Shown: positions 45,501 through 58,530 of the stretch, piece after piece
Layout of the letters: the number at the start of each line of letters is the position of its first letter
Numbering within the stretch: position 1 is the first letter of the stretch
DNA from: Podarcis cretensis
Taxonomy: Eukaryota
NCBI GenBank assembly: GCA_951804945.1
Contig: OX638153.1
Coordinates: 29,946,001 to 30,010,000 of the forward strand
Reading direction: 5' to 3'
DNA length: 64,000 nt
Notes under the pieces: generated by a model
What the model saw: only the letters and a program-made list of their open reading frames with translations
What the model was told of the DNA's origin: nothing
Database searches by the model: none
Position numbers and translations under genes: made by a program

Positions 45501-48500
45501 TTGAATCCATTGGTTCCGGTCCTGCCCTCCACAGTAGAAGAAAACAAGCTTGCTCCATCTTCCATGTTACAGTCCTTTAGATATTGAAGATGGCTATCAT
45601 ATCTCTAAATCTCTTCTTTACATGGTTAAACATACCCAATTCCCTCAACTGTTCCTCATAAAAGCCTGGTTTCCAGAACCTTGATCATCTTGGCTGCCTT
45701 CCTTCAGATGCTCCAGCTTGTCAATATCCTTCTTAAATTGTGGTGCCCAGATGTGGACACAGTACTCCAGGTGTGATTTGACCAGGGAAGAACAGAGTGG
45801 TACTATGACTTCCCTTGAAAGGAACACTAGACTGCTATTGATGCAGCCTAGAATAGCATTAGCTTTTTTTACTGCTGCATCACACTGTTGACTCCTGTTA
45901 AGCTTGTTTACTAAGACCCTTAGATCCTTTTCACATGTATTATTGACAGTCCAGGTGTCCCACTTCTTATATTTTTGCAGCTGCCTATAACCTGCTATAA
46001 GTTGTATTGGTAGTATACCTCACTGTTTCATTTTTTACTTTTTAGGACAGTTGATGCTAGAAATGCTTAAACTATTTTAACGATGTTATGAAAACTGTGT
46101 TCTAAGATGTTCTTTACACCCTGTTTTCCTGAATAGAAATTAAATGTCTCCCTCCATTTCCAGTAGAAGTATATTGAGGCTGTTTGATCCCCGTTACAGT
46201 ATGGAAAAGCATCAGGATTAGAAAATATTATGGCCAAAAGTTAAACCTTCCTCCTCCTAACCATTTAATAGATTCCAGTAGTATTAGTTACTTGAATTCT
46301 GTGTAGTCCTTCAGGTAATTTTAAGTGGCTAACTTATTTCCGCCCCCCCCCCCCCCCCGGAGATGGCTTTTCAAAATCTGTCAACTAGCCTAATGAATAT
46401 TGTAATATTTTAAATCAGATGAAACAGAACAAGATCAACAAGACCTTCGACAGAGAAGAGCTGAAATTGCAAGGTGTTGGATTAAGTACTGCTTGAACTT
46501 GTTGCAGGGAGCCAGGAAATTGCTTGAGGTAATCAAGAAACGGAGTGCAAATAACCTTTTTAACATTTGCAGGAGTAACTAAACACAGCAGTCGCAACAG
46601 CTGCTAGTGGTACTGAGACTCAAGGGTATAGTAAATGTAAGTCACAAGTCACAATATTCTGCTTGGGCAGTAGAACACTTAATCTTGTGTTTGCCAGTTT
46701 TGTCCATATCACCTTGATTTCATCATGGGCCTTGATGCTTTACTGATAGTATCCAAATGGGTTCAGTAGGAGCTAGATACATTACCTAACCAAGAAAGCA
46801 GAGTTTTATTTGTTAAAGCTAGTCTGCCATTGGTGCATACTCTGTGTTTACACAGTTTTACACTTCGACTTCTTCGGTAATTTTCTGCTTGCCTATTATT
46901 GTCCTGTCAGAGTGGATATTTAGCAGTTGAGATAGGCAAACAGGCAGGTATTCCCATATGTCCCAGTGGCCGTGAAGATGTCAGCATCTCATCTATTAAA
47001 AAATCAGCTGTGTAATTTCCAATGTCTTGTTTGGTTTTCCTTAAATTGTTGTGGTGCTTATATACTGCTTTTTGTCCCAAGTGACCCCAAAGCAATTAAA
47101 AAATAAATAAGAAAATATCATTATGAATCACAAAACACCGTCAAGATAACAGTAAAATATTAGCAGCATACATAAGCTGCTGAGATTTTCAATTCGGGAA
47201 AGCAGTTCCTACTGTCTGATAACACAGTACAATCATACCTACAGCTGTTACAGCTGTTTCAGGTTATGTGTTTTCAGGTTGCGGACCGTGGGAAACCTGG
47301 AAGTACCAGAACGGGTTACTTCCAGGTTTCACTGCTCACGCATGTGGAGAAGCGCCAAATCGCGCCGGCACAGTCATGATGCTTTAGGATGTGAACGCTG
47401 CGGATTGTGGATGTGCCTCCATTACGGATTACGTCCACAACCCGAGGTTCCACTGTAGTATTAACAATGGATAGGAAAGGAAAAAGAGAACCCTACAAGA
47501 TGTCAGATATATTGGGAGTGGTTTAACAAAAATTTCAAGAATGACAACCACTTGCTGTGAAATACTTAAATGAAGTCAAGGAAAATATCTCAGAATTGTG
47601 GAGAATTGTTGAAAACTCTTTAAAATGCCTCCTCCACTAAGTTGCTGCTATAAGCTCAGCTTGTGTTTCCATTGAATTATAAAAATAAATAAGAATCATA
47701 TATGGAAGTACTAAATAATTTCTAAAAATCCAAAACATGTATTTTTCTGTCATGCAAACATAGGAATAACAGAAGTTGCTACTGTGAACGTGATTAATTT
47801 ATCAAATTGGCGGTATCTAGTTTTTTGACCTCTCATGGCGAAGTATTTCACACTGTGCATTCTTGTTTTAGGACAACATTGGGGAGCTGGATCCAGACAG
47901 GCAGTCGGAGCTTAAAGCCCAGCAGAAGAAAGAGGAGGATGAGAAGGAAGAGGACAGGAAGAAGGCTGTTCTGTTTGGAACTAGTGATCTGTGTGACTCT
48001 ATTTTGGCCATGGAAGAAAAAGTGAGCTGTGTGTTTCCACTAGACTTCAAAGAAGCTAGAGAAGTCTTCTTAGTGGGTCAGAATTATGTCAATGAAGCAA
48101 AAGATTTCTTTCAGGTAGATGGGTATGTCACTGACCACATTGAAATTCTTCAGGATCACAGTGCCTTGTTCAAGGTGCTGGCATTCTTTGAAGAAGATTA
48201 TGAGAGGCGTTGCAAGATGCACAAGCGCAGGATAGATATGCTGGAGCCCATATATGCTGGCTTAAACCCTCAGTATTACCTTCTGCTCAGTAGGCAGCTT
48301 CAGTTTGAATTAGCTGACACCTATTACGAGATGATGGATTTAAAAGTGGCCATTGGAAATAAGCTAGAGGAACTTGACTCCCACACAATAAAGAAAATAA
48401 ATTCTCTTGCTCAGATGGCCATGAAATACTATGAACTCTTTTTGGATTCATTGAGGAACCCTGATAAGATTTTCCCCGAGACCCTAGAGGAGGATGTCCT

Positions 48501-48750
48501 GCGCCCTGCAATGGTGGCCAAGTTCCATATTGCCCGCCTTTATGGCAAGCTTATTACTTCGGATGGCAAGAAACAGTTGGAGAACATGCAGACTTCGTTG
48601 GAATATTACTCGTTTTTGGTAGACTACTGCGAGAAGCACACAGATGCCGTCCAGGCCATTGAAACTGAGCTAGAGCTCAGTAGAGAGATGGTTGGGCTTC
48701 TCCCAACAAGAATGGAAAGGCTAAGAGCCAAGCTTTCTACTTTCACTTAA
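38820..48750 (+). CDS. KIFBP: Kinesin family binding protein (KIF1BP/KBP), 7 exons, 607 aa
   Basis: Exons 38820-39206, 40697-40795, 43976-44055, 44136-44319, 44891-44975, 46419-46528, 47872-48750 join in frame (1824 nt). Motifs: DPETEPYRSKYSAR, NNLGILWSER, YTHTLYYLAQVY, EIARCWIKYCL, GYVTDHIEILQD, CKMHKRR, LNPQYY. Confidence 0.97.
40697..40795 (+). CDS. KIFBP: KIFBP exon 2
   Basis: ttgtag|NNLGILWSERD...YNQYMKE|gtaatg; 99 nt. Confidence 0.95.
40915..41155 (+). mobile_element. Tc1/pogo-type MITE, copy C
   Basis: Same TIRs and TA TSD as copy B; lacks one short subterminal repeat unit. Confidence 0.88.
41797..41845. repeat. 18-bp tandem repeat ATTTGCTTTTGACTAGAG x2.7
   Basis: Units start at 41797, 41815 and 41833. 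Confidence 0.9.
43976..44055 (+). CDS. KIFBP: KIFBP exon 3
   Basis: NGNPPLDSSEHFMDEEEKLTDQERSK AG|gtatat; 80 nt. Confidence 0.94.
44136..44319 (+). CDS. KIFBP: KIFBP exon 4
   Basis: FEKVYTHTLYYLAQVYQHL...EWALNAATLSQYYLTK|gtagtc; 184 nt, after an 80-nt intron. Confidence 0.95.
44891..44975 (+). CDS. KIFBP: KIFBP exon 5
   Basis: QCFMESRHCLAAASVIFGQ...ED A|gtaagt; 85 nt. Confidence 0.94.
45273..45985 (-). mobile_element. CR1 LINE 3' fragment
   Basis: Minus-strand peptide SREVIVPLCSSLVKSHLEYCVHIWAPQFKKDIDKLE (CR1 ORF2 hallmark) and CR1 tail cccttt caactctacaattctatg. Confidence 0.88.
46419..46528 (+). CDS. KIFBP: KIFBP exon 6
   Basis: ETEQDQQDLRQRRAEIARCWIKYCLNLLQGARKLLE|gtaatc; 110 nt. Confidence 0.94.
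47230..47455. mobile_element. Tigger-like MITE, same family as 11192
   Basis: Shared interior cctggaagta...gtttcrctgctcacgcatg; right end GAGGTTCCACTG|ta. Confidence 0.68.
47872..48750 (+). CDS. KIFBP: KIFBP exon 7 (last coding exon)
   Basis: tttag|DNIGELDPDRQ... continuous with the 248-aa ORF to TAA at 48750. Confidence 0.96.
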   Translation, partial: DNIGELDPDRQSELKAQQKKEEDEKEEDRKKAVLFGTSDLCDSILAMEEKVSCVFPLDFKEAREVFLVGQNYVNEAKDFFQVDGYVTDHIEILQDHSALFKVLAFFEEDYERRCKMHKRRIDMLEPIYAGLNPQYYLLLSRQLQFELADTYYEMMDLKVAIGNKLEELDSHTIKKINSLAQMAMKYYELFLDSLRNPDKIFPETLEEDVLRPAMVAKFHIARLYGKLITSDGKKQLENMQTSLEYYSFLVDYCEKHTDAVQAIETELELSREMVGLLPTRMERLRAKLSTFT

Positions 48751-49264
48751 ACTCCTTCCTCCTATGGAAATGTGCAATATTAACACAATTGCTGTCCAAA
48801 GAGACAGTTTCCCTTATGGCAGTTGCCTTGTAGTCATCCGACATCTGTTGTGTGCTCCCACTGTGACAGGCAGCATAGAACCCGTATAAAATGGAAAACT
48901 GTCAAGTGTAGTAATTCTCCCACACTTCAATATTAAGTATACAGTGAATGGTCAACTGGTGCTCTGTATTGCTTGCTCCGTACTGACATGCACACCTTCC
49001 TGCCTTATTTTTCTCCTTCCACTACGTGGTCCAGTTTCCAACTGTAGTGCTGCTCTCCAACTGTTTCTTCCAAAAGGGAACTTTTTGAGTACGTTGTATT
49101 TACAGCCCAATCCATCCCCACAAAATAGAGACTTAGGTAGGTGGAATTTATTTTCCTCATTAACAGTCCCTGAAAAAAACCTTAACATATCTCTAATTTA
49201 ATGGCATCATATTTATTTTTGTATATGTTAGCTGTCCTCCTTTTGAATCCTGTTAAATAGGATC

Positions 49265-49270
49265 AATAAA
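49265..49270 (+). terminator. Probable KIFBP polyadenylation signal
   Basis: AATAAA about 515 nt after the stop, followed by a GT-rich tract near 49305-49325. Confidence 0.6.
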
Positions 49271-49609
49271 CAAACATGCCTGATTGCACATTCTCTTGCC
49301 GTCATTTTGTGTGTGTGCGTTGTGACCTGTTTGGCAGTAGAAACCTGTTCCAGTTTTTCTCCACAAGTTTCAGCCTGAGTCTTAAATACATTCCAGCAAT
49401 TACCAAACCATAGGCCAGGACTCTTCTTAGTCCCATCCTACAACTGAAGTTCATATTCCCATCTGTAAGGACCAGAGTTGAACATTTAAAGACAAGAAAA
49501 GCAAAGATTCTCTGGCAGCTCACATCTATGTTCAATGGCATATTCTCTTATTAATAGTGGTTTTTGAAAGGGAGAGGTGAAAATTAAGAAATGCCCACCA
49601 TCCTATTCT

Positions 49610-50950
49610 GACAGTGGCCAGTCAGTTATCTATGGGAAACTAGCATGTAAGACATTAATACAACAGCATTCTTCCGCTTGTGATCCCCAGAAACTGGTAT
49701 TCAGAGGCATACTGCCTCCAGCAGTGAAGTTAGAATCTAAGCATCATGGCTAGCAGCCACTCCTCCATGAATTTGCCTATGCCTCTTATGTGAAGGAGTA
49801 CTTTATTTTGTCTTTCCTGAATCTTCCAACATGGAGCTCCATTGGACGCCCATGAATTCTAGTGTTTTGAGAGAGGGAGAAAAATGTTTTCTTACCCACT
49901 TTCTCCAAACCATGCATACTTTTAAACACTTCTGTCATGTTCTCCCCCACCCACATACTTGCCATTTTCCAGACTAAAAAGCCCCAAATGTAATCTTTCC
50001 TCATTGGAGAATTGCTGCAATCCCTTGATCATTTCTGGTTCTTTCCTGAATATTTTCCAGCTCTACAATGTCTCTTTTGAAGTGTGACCAGAACTGGACA
50101 TAATATTCCCAGTGTGGTCACACCATAGATTTGTCTAGCGGTGGTTGGTACCAATGGTACATTGGTAGTTACATTTTCAACCTCTTTCCTAATGCTGCCT
50201 TACATGGATTTTGCCATTTTCACTGCTGCTGCACATGGGAGTCAACATCTCCATCAAGCTGTCTTCTGCAACCCTAAGGTCTTGTTCCTGGTCAGTCAAC
50301 AGCAGCTGAGACTCCCATTAGCTTATATATGAAGTTAGGGGTTGGTTGGTTGGTTGGTTTTTGTTTTTGCCCCAGTGTGCATCACTTACACTAAAATACA
50401 CATGCTATTTTATTATCATTCACCCAGTTTGGAGAACTCCCTTTGGAGATCTTTTCTATCACTTTTTGTTTTAAACATCCAAAGCAATTTGGCCACCTCA
50501 CTGCTCACCCTGACTTCTAGATAATTAAATAAAAAGCACAGGTTCCACCCAATACTAATCATTTAGGGACTCCACTTTCCCCATCCCCTGCATTAGGATA
50601 AAAGTCCCATTTATTCCTGCTCTCTGCTTCCTGTTTCTTAACCGGTCATTGATCCTCAAGAGGGCCTGTCCTCTTACTTCATGACTGTTAAGCTTACTCA
50701 GGAGTCTTTGGTGAGGTACTTCATCATCAGCTTTTTGACAATCTTTAAGTACACAATATCTGATGGATCAACTTGTGTCAATGTTTGTTGGCACTCAAGG
50801 AACAAGGTTTACTCTTGAAGAAGCCATGCTGGTTCTCCTTCGGTAAGACCTATTCTATACCCTTAGTAATTCTGCCTTTACAGTGCTTTCCTTTAGCCTC
50901 CCAACACAGATGCTAAGGTAAGTTGCCTGTAACTTCCTGGATCCCATCTG
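49610..50950 (-). mobile_element. CR1 LINE 3' portion, degraded
   Basis: Minus-strand peptide MTEVFKSMHGLEKV...FFSLSQNTRIHG...GRFRKDKIKYSFT (CR1 ORF2 C-terminus); RT-like remnants extend to about 50950. Confidence 0.8.
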
Positions 50951-53900
50951 GGTTCCTGGTTAGGAGCTGAATCCTGGCTTGTTCAGCTATTTGCACAAGA
51001 GGAGCAAAGCAGCTGCAAAGGGGCTCCATTCACCTGCATGCAAGTCACCACAAGACAAGAATGAGCAACATGTTTGCTGCAGCTTGGGTTGGATGTTTTT
51101 GATTTCGCAGTTCTGCCAGTAACTCATTTTTTGTGTTACTAAATACAGTACCCTTAGGGAAATAGCGGAGGGGGGGAGCAAGGGCTGCCATCTTCAGTGT
51201 TCCTTGCATCTTGATGAGGGTGGGAGAGCTATGGGTAGATTTGAAGATCACATTACATTTCCATTCATCTTTCCCTCTTGTACGCAGTACATTAACCATT
51301 TAAAAAAATAACTATTCAAGAGAAACACCATAGCAGCAGGATGCTAAAACTGTAAGTTAATTGCAAGCTCACTGTGGGTAAATATTGGTTGTAACAAGGC
51401 AGTGAGGTATAATTGGGAAAACTATATATTTGATTTAGCTTGCCTACAAACCCCCTCTCCCCTCTGTGCTCCTGCTGATGCTGCTACAATCTCTGACTGG
51501 TGGACTGTGGAATTCTTCAATGATAGGTCAAGTACCATAAGCAGTTACTCTGGAATTAGAAGGGTCTGTTATTTGGTTGGTGCAGTCTGGAATACTTTTT
51601 CATGAACTAGGCAAATTTATGTTTTGCCATTTTTAGCTCTTATCAGGAAAGGGGGAAGAGTTGCCAGGCAGCACCCACAGAGCAACCGTTGCTGAGAGCT
51701 TACGCCGCCTCCTCTTGCCCTAGTGAGAGACTGATCACATCACAAAGGCCAGCTGGGTTGCTGTGGGCAGCTGCTTAAGGGTCTGGCTATTTGGGACATT
51801 CTGTGGAACATCGAGAGAGGTTGCTCTTTGTTCTCTTCTGTTATACAATTGCAAATTGTTTTGAAAGCCACCGAGAGCCCTAAGCATAGGACAAGATATG
51901 TAATCGGCAGGGTGCTGCTTTTGTAGATGGTCTGAAGACTGCAGCTTGTTCAGAGTGCTGTGTTCAGGCTAGCGTCAGTGACTAACTGTTTGGAGTGTAT
52001 TCCTTTATTGCTCAATCTTAGGAAGCTGCCTTATGCCTGGGCACATTATTTGTACATCTAGGCCACTATTGCTTGTTCTGAGTGGCAGCAGTTCAGCTGC
52101 ACATAATCTAAATTGTCTTGGTCAATGTTGGCACACAAGAACATGGTTTAGTGAATGTAATTACCTCCTCTTCCAACCACAAATTATCCTGTATTAATAT
52201 TTATTTAATATTTTTGGTGTGGGGAGGGGAAGAGAAGCTACTGTGCTCACTGAGGCCCCATCCCCAAGCAGCGGAGGTCTTATTCAATAACACCTCTGCT
52301 ATTGAGGGCTAGAAACTATTATTACTACTGATTTTCAGAAAGCTGAATTCTGTACTTTTCCTATGTGCTTACAAAAGAACAGGATCACTTTGGCTGTAAA
52401 GAGAAGCTGGACTCAAGGCATAGCGGCCCCTCAGCCTGGTTTTTTTTTTTGTTGTTTTTTGCAACATTGTGTGGACTTCTGAAACCATAACTGCTATGTG
52501 AACATCCAGTGGGCTAACCTGTGTTGAAAAGTTATGGAGCAACTTTCCCAATTTCCTGTTGCACTGTAACAGTGTAATAGCGCAGATGCATGCATGTAAT
52601 TTTCTTAGAAGCAAGTCTCACCTGTGGTCAATGGGACTTACTCTCTAGTGAGCATGTTTAGGTTTGGAGTCTAATAAGACCATTGTCAGTTGAGCTGACT
52701 GCCAAAGTTAGGCATGGATGGCTGTAACGCTCCATAGCTTCCCAGGCAAGCTGTTCCGTTGTAAACCTTTGTGAGTGGTTGATGTGTTTGTTTATGTAAA
52801 ATCTATCAATGAAAATAACGGTTTTATGTCCTTGGTCTGTTTTTCGGAGAATATTAGCAACAACATCTGCACATCCCAACCGCACAATTTCCTCTCCCAA
52901 CTGGTAGTGATGTCAGTAAATGTTAGGTTTTGGTATGGAAATGCAATGCTGATAATCAAGTTTAATCTATTCACCGTGACCGCTGGCATACACATAGTTT
53001 TGCTGCTCTGAAGGAAAGGCTTTGTTTAATCAGGGCACAAGCCAGCCAAAGGTTATTTACCAATTAGTTGTATCAATTTCAATGAGAGAGTTATGGGGAA
53101 GAGGCTTTCTCAGTGACAGAGCACAAGGTCCCAGGTGTTCATCCCTGGAATCTTTAGGTAGGACTATGAAAGTTTTTCATTTGAAACCATGGTGAGATAC
53201 TGCCAGTCAGTGCAGAGAATACACTGGTCTAACTTGGTATGGCAGCCTTCAATCATTTCTAGTATGCACATTTTTAGTATGCACCATTGAAATATAAAAA
53301 AGGATGCTTAGCTTTGGGTGGATGGTGTTGTAGATCTAATTGTTTATCAGAAAATAAGGCAAGGTTTCCTGGAGCATACCTCATCACATATCACCAAAAA
53401 ACACACACTGCAAGTTACATGAAAGTTACAGCAAGAGGGTGGGGTTGGGGAGAGATAAGCGTGTTTGTTGATTAATGATCCTCGCTCTCCTTAATTGCCC
53501 CATTCTCCTAAATATGACGCAGTAATTTATAGGATCATGGTGTCTCCCCAACACAGCAGGAGTCATTGCTAGGCTGGCACGTTCTGTGTACAATTGCTGA
53601 TGAGTAAAACCTGTTGAAAACATGCATAAGAGTGGGCTGCAAGTAGTTAAATTTGGTAGGGCTTCATATTGCATGGCTTTGCAACATACCTGCTCAACGT
53701 CTGTTGTAGCCTCAACATGAAGCAATTGCTGTGAGAAACCAGTAACTTGCACAAAAAACTCTCTCTAAGCCACAAAGCGACAAGAAGCATAGCCTATAAC
53801 TATGGCCTTGTTCTTGGAAACAGCAGATGAGGTGATAACAGTTATCATGCCAGAACTGCAAAAGGGGCTCACATGACTAAATGATACTGCATACAATAAA

Positions 53901-54743
53901 AATCGGGGTCAGGCCAAGATGTTTTGTGACCTGAGGCACAGGAGAAGCTGGCATCCTCCAACGGGCAGAGGTCGGCCAGATTGGCAGTTGACTCTTTCTT
54001 CAACACTGACAATGAGACGGCAACATCCACCACCGCAGCCTGGATTGGTACACACAATTCTGTCCTCGAACACTTGGGCAACGTTCCCCACCTCCAGCTG
54101 CTGCCACCAGAGGCACCTGCCTCACCCTGCCTAGCAGAAGGGCCCTGGAAGACATTATTCCTGCACACAGAAAACTTGATACTGAGGGGAGAGCTTGGCC
54201 TTCTCCCTATCACAACCAGCTTTTTCCATGCAGAATTGTGTTTGCAAGAAAGAGCATTCCTTCACATAGTCAGGTGGGCGGGCTGGGGGAAGAGCGAGTT
54301 CCTTGCACAATATGTGTTATGTTCACTATGCATAGGATTGCCAGCACTTTAAATGGGGGAAAAAGCTGGTAACATGATGGGAGAGTGCTACTCAGGATGT
54401 AAGGCCGAGAACAGGCCCAGTGCTGGAGTCTAATGCAAATTTCTTGTCACAGGACAGAGCTCGGTGTTTAGGGGTGGGTCTGAGGGGGCCAGAGTCTCCC
54501 CCCCACCTCACCCCCATCCTGTTTATTTTGTTATCCCGTTCATTTTTGCTATTAAAGACCACTGATGGATGCCATTTTGCCACCATGACTATATGCACAC
54601 AGTGCCTTGGAAACAATGCAAAGTCCCTAGGCAGTCTGGGTAAATAAAATGAAGGCCACCCTGTAACAGTTGTTGAGAGAAGAAGCTCTGCCACTGCTGG
54701 AGAAAGATGATCCCTCCTGCCCGCAAATGGTCAATAATAAAAA

Positions 54744-54963
54744 GTCAGTGTGGTGTGGTGCCATGCAAAGTGTTAAAACTAGGATTCAGGAGACCCAGGT
54801 TCAAACTGGCTAAAAAGCTCATTGGGTGACTTGGGCCTGTCCCTGCCTCTCAGCCTGACCTACCTCACAGGGTTGTTGTGGGGGATAAAAAGGGGAGGGG
54901 AGAACAATGCATATCTCCTTGAGAAACATGGAAGAAAGGTGGAGTATAAATGTAATAATAAAA
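54744..54963 (+). mobile_element. tRNA-head SINE (Squam3/MIR-like)
   Basis: gtcagtgtggtg...ggttcaaa...ctacctcacagggttgttgtgggg...tataaatgtaataataaa. Confidence 0.72.
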
Positions 54964-57183
54964 AGTAAAAGTATTGACTTTGCTAGAGGGGCATGGGGTT
55001 GTTGGTTTGTGTTGTTTTTCTTCTTGTTTTTCTTAAGTGTTTTGTGTTTTTATTTTGTATTTTTAAACTGTGCACTACCCTGAGATCTACAGATGAAAGG
55101 CGGTATAAAAATTTAATTATTAATAAATTTGATTAATAATAATAATAGACGTGTATGATTTTAAATGGTCCCATTGTTGACTACAGATTTTCATTCATTT
55201 TGGAATGAATACTGACTGCACCCCTAGGATTTTTGGTTGCGTGGGTAGAATCTAGTAGTAGAGAGCAGAGGAAAAAGTAGTCTGTTCACCTAAATACTTT
55301 TGTTTGAACCATTAGAAGGCTTTTCTTTTTTTAACTGCTGCTGCTGGTGAAATGTGAACTTTGTCTTTTCTTTTCTTGGCAGCTGGGCAGAAAACTGAAA
55401 TGTTATGGCTTGGTAAATTGATTGATTGACCGATTGACTGCTGGGTAGTTAGTTAGGCTTCTATAATGTGAATAAATTCTTAGAGGAAAAAAATATATCT
55501 GTCAATATATTAATTCTGGAGGAAGCAGGTGGGAATATGTTGACAGCTTTTGGCATCTCCCACGACAGTTTAACAGTTATACAGTCAAGACATGCAACTG
55601 AGGTAGCCTGTGTCCTCTGTCAGAAAGACATCTGTTCTATGATGTTTCATAGATTGGAACTGTGTGGAACAGCTGTTTGCTGTTGATTTTACAAATGTTT
55701 CCTAATTCATCTTACTTGTGGTTTTTAAATTTGCAGCTTTTTGAACTTTCTGCTTAAAACAATGTTGAGCTCCCCCCACCCCCAGTCATAGAGGATCATA
55801 TGCTGAATTTCTGTTTAATATCTATAAGATAAGAGGGTCACAGTATGTATAGGCAGAATGGATGAATTTGTCAATTTCATTTTGTCTCTGTTTTTCATTC
55901 TTGCAATTATAAATTCAGTTTTCCACATTTCCACAGCAGCTTAATTTCCCCCCCTCAGTAAGTGCAAAGGACCACTCTGCAACCAGTTTGCACAAAAGAT
56001 GCTTAGGCAAGCAATCACAAGAATCTGGCATCATGTATATGGAACTTTTTCTCCAAAACCCAAGTGTAGTGCAGGTAATGTTTTCTACATTTTTATTCCT
56101 CTGTGAAATGAACACCTCGTTCTCTGACCACCCGCAAGACTCCAACACAACAAAAAGCGTGCGTGTCCACCCACTCACTCAATAATGAGCATTTGGTTCA
56201 AACCTTTTTTTGCTTGGGTTTGCTAGGGGTGATATTGTAAGGGGCCACCAATTTGTGTCTTTGCCTTGGGTCAGGCTTAGCAGGATTGTAATGGGACACA
56301 GGACACACTGTCTTGGAACTGCAGTAGTTGACCTGCTTTTGACTGCAGATCAATAGCACTGATTCTAGCAAGGGAAGGGTCTCAATCTGCTGTTCATCCC
56401 TGCTTGTTCTAAATAACTTCAGCCTTTCCTTCTATTATCTGACAGACATTTCTGTGCTACAAGAATCATTGATCCGGATAATTTTGATGAACTTAGTCCG
56501 GAAGCAGGGCAAGTGTTGGATTTTACAAATCTCAGATGCTACCCCGACATTATCTATGGCTTTATGAAATACATAATACCCTTTGGCAACTCTTTACCCC
56601 CACCGTGCATGCAGTGACTACAGAATGCCTTTGTGTTATATCTGGCATATTTAACCTTCTGTATATAAATCATGGCAAACAAAATAAACCAAATAATTTT
56701 GTAAGCAGGGACCTGGATATTATTTCATAGGCAGGGAAACATTTTGAATCCGCAAATGCTTATTTGCTTATTATCAGCTACTTGCGAAATAACCCCAAGT
56801 ATGCAGCAATAAGCTACATGTGCCTGCTTGGATAGGCAGAGTCAAAAGTATTCGCAGGAAAGAAATCTCTCTCCCAATTTTAATGCCTTGGAAGAATGCA
56901 AAGCTCTTAATCTACTTTCCATGTGGCTTGAAAATAGTGTATGCATGTTGGTCCAAAGTGTAAGAAAAAGTTACAGAAGAAAGTAGTATATTGGGCTAAC
57001 CTAAATGTTGTGTTTCTCCTAGTAGGATACTGTGTACTACTAGATGATAATGACGGTGGTAATTTAGGAAAGATGATGAATATCTGGTTAGTTCCAATGC
57101 AACTTTAAGAAAAACAAAACAGCCAGTAGAGGCATGTGCTCATAGTTTGTAGACAGTATAATTTGAATTTGATATGACTGTAT

Positions 57184-57184
<1 letters not shown>

Positions 57185-57219
<35 letters not shown>
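57185..57219. repeat. (TAA)n microsatellite
   Basis: Read directly. Confidence 0.92.
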
Positions 57220-57854
57220 GATAAAGCCATTTGATTAGGTGTGCCTTCCCCCAATGGGGAATGCAGTTAGTATGTAAATGACTTTGTCACTGAATAGTTG
57301 TGATTTGGGCCTCATTCTGTTCCAGGGATTTCCAGCCTCACACCCACAGGTGCCATGGAGCCTCATGCAGATGTCCCATACACTGAAAGTTTCTTCTTCT
57401 TTTTCTTTAAAAAAGGTAAGCCTCTAGCCATCCTAGAAAGAAAGTCACCCTTCTAAACAATTTATGTGAAATACGCAAGTCTGCCTGCTCCTGTCAGTGT
57501 TTTTAGCCAATGCAGGAAGTCAACACTGTGACTGATGAGTTGATTGGACCCCAGGCAATAGGAACTCCTAGAGACCTAAAGAGCTGCTGTTTCCCCTTCC
57601 ACTTTAATGTTCTTTTTCCTGATTCCACCTTATTTTCTATGCAGAAATTGAATACGTTAAGCCTTTTATTGGATGGCAATACAACTGAGTGAGACAATAC
57701 AGACAACCAGTTTATACCAAGTGGTTGAATATATACATCATGGTAATAATGAGTTAAAATTGCAAATGACCAAGCCATGTTTTGTTCTACAGATGAAACA
57801 GGCCTTCTTTTCTTTTGGTCATCATAATTATGACTTAGATACATGCTATAATGT

Positions 57855-57956
57855 GATAGCTTAGTTGGTAGAGCATGAGACTCTTAATGTCAGGGTCATG
57901 GGTTCGAGTCCCATATTGGGCAAAATATGACCCTTGTGGTCCCTTCCGACTCTATG
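57855..57956 (+). mobile_element. tRNA-Lys(CTT)-derived SINE with CR1-like tail (internally deleted)
   Basis: GATAGCTTAGTTGGTAGAGCATGAGACT-CTT-AATGTCAGGGTCATGGGTTCGAGTCCC followed by atgacccttgtggtcccttccgactcta. Confidence 0.82.
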
Positions 57957-58479
57957 TGTGCTTATGTTTTGATCTCTAAAGAAAGGGTTAAAGACAGGGA
58001 GGCAATTTATCCTTATGAAAAGATTACTGCTGTAGGATTACTGCTGTAGTGCAAGATAAGTTGTGAGGGATTTATCAACATCTTTGAGAAGAAGACACCG
58101 CTTTGAGGGAAGTGTTAAAATTAGATTTTGTCTGAGTGGCTATTTTGAACACACCTCCACCAGGAGCCTACTGTAGTACACATTTACAACTCATTTTTAA
58201 ACTCTCTTTCTCCAAACTTAGGGCTATCTCATACATGACAGTTATGACTATGGCTTAAATTAGTATTCAGGAAAAATGTGCAACTTACATTGGCAATCAT
58301 GCACATTAAATCTCTCTCCCACATCCTGGCCTGCTTGAATGACTTTTGCATTTGACCAAAGCAAAGCACAAGACATCTGGAAGCCCTTTTTAGGGCCAAA
58401 TGACAAGATACTACTTGAATGTTTAGGATTGAAGTCTTGTGCCATAAAAGCTTTGAAACTGATGCTGTAAAAGTTGCTC

Positions 58480-58488
58480 GTGTGTGTG

Positions 58489-58529
<41 letters not shown>

Positions 58530-58530
58530 A
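58480..58530. repeat. (GT)n-(GA)n compound microsatellite
   Basis: Read directly. Confidence 0.9.

Noticed and set aside
57855-57925. tRNA-Lys(CTT) gene (also at 60521-60591)
   Set aside because: Acceptor stem incomplete, stem mismatches, and directly fused to a CR1-like tail, so a SINE head rather than a tRNA gene.
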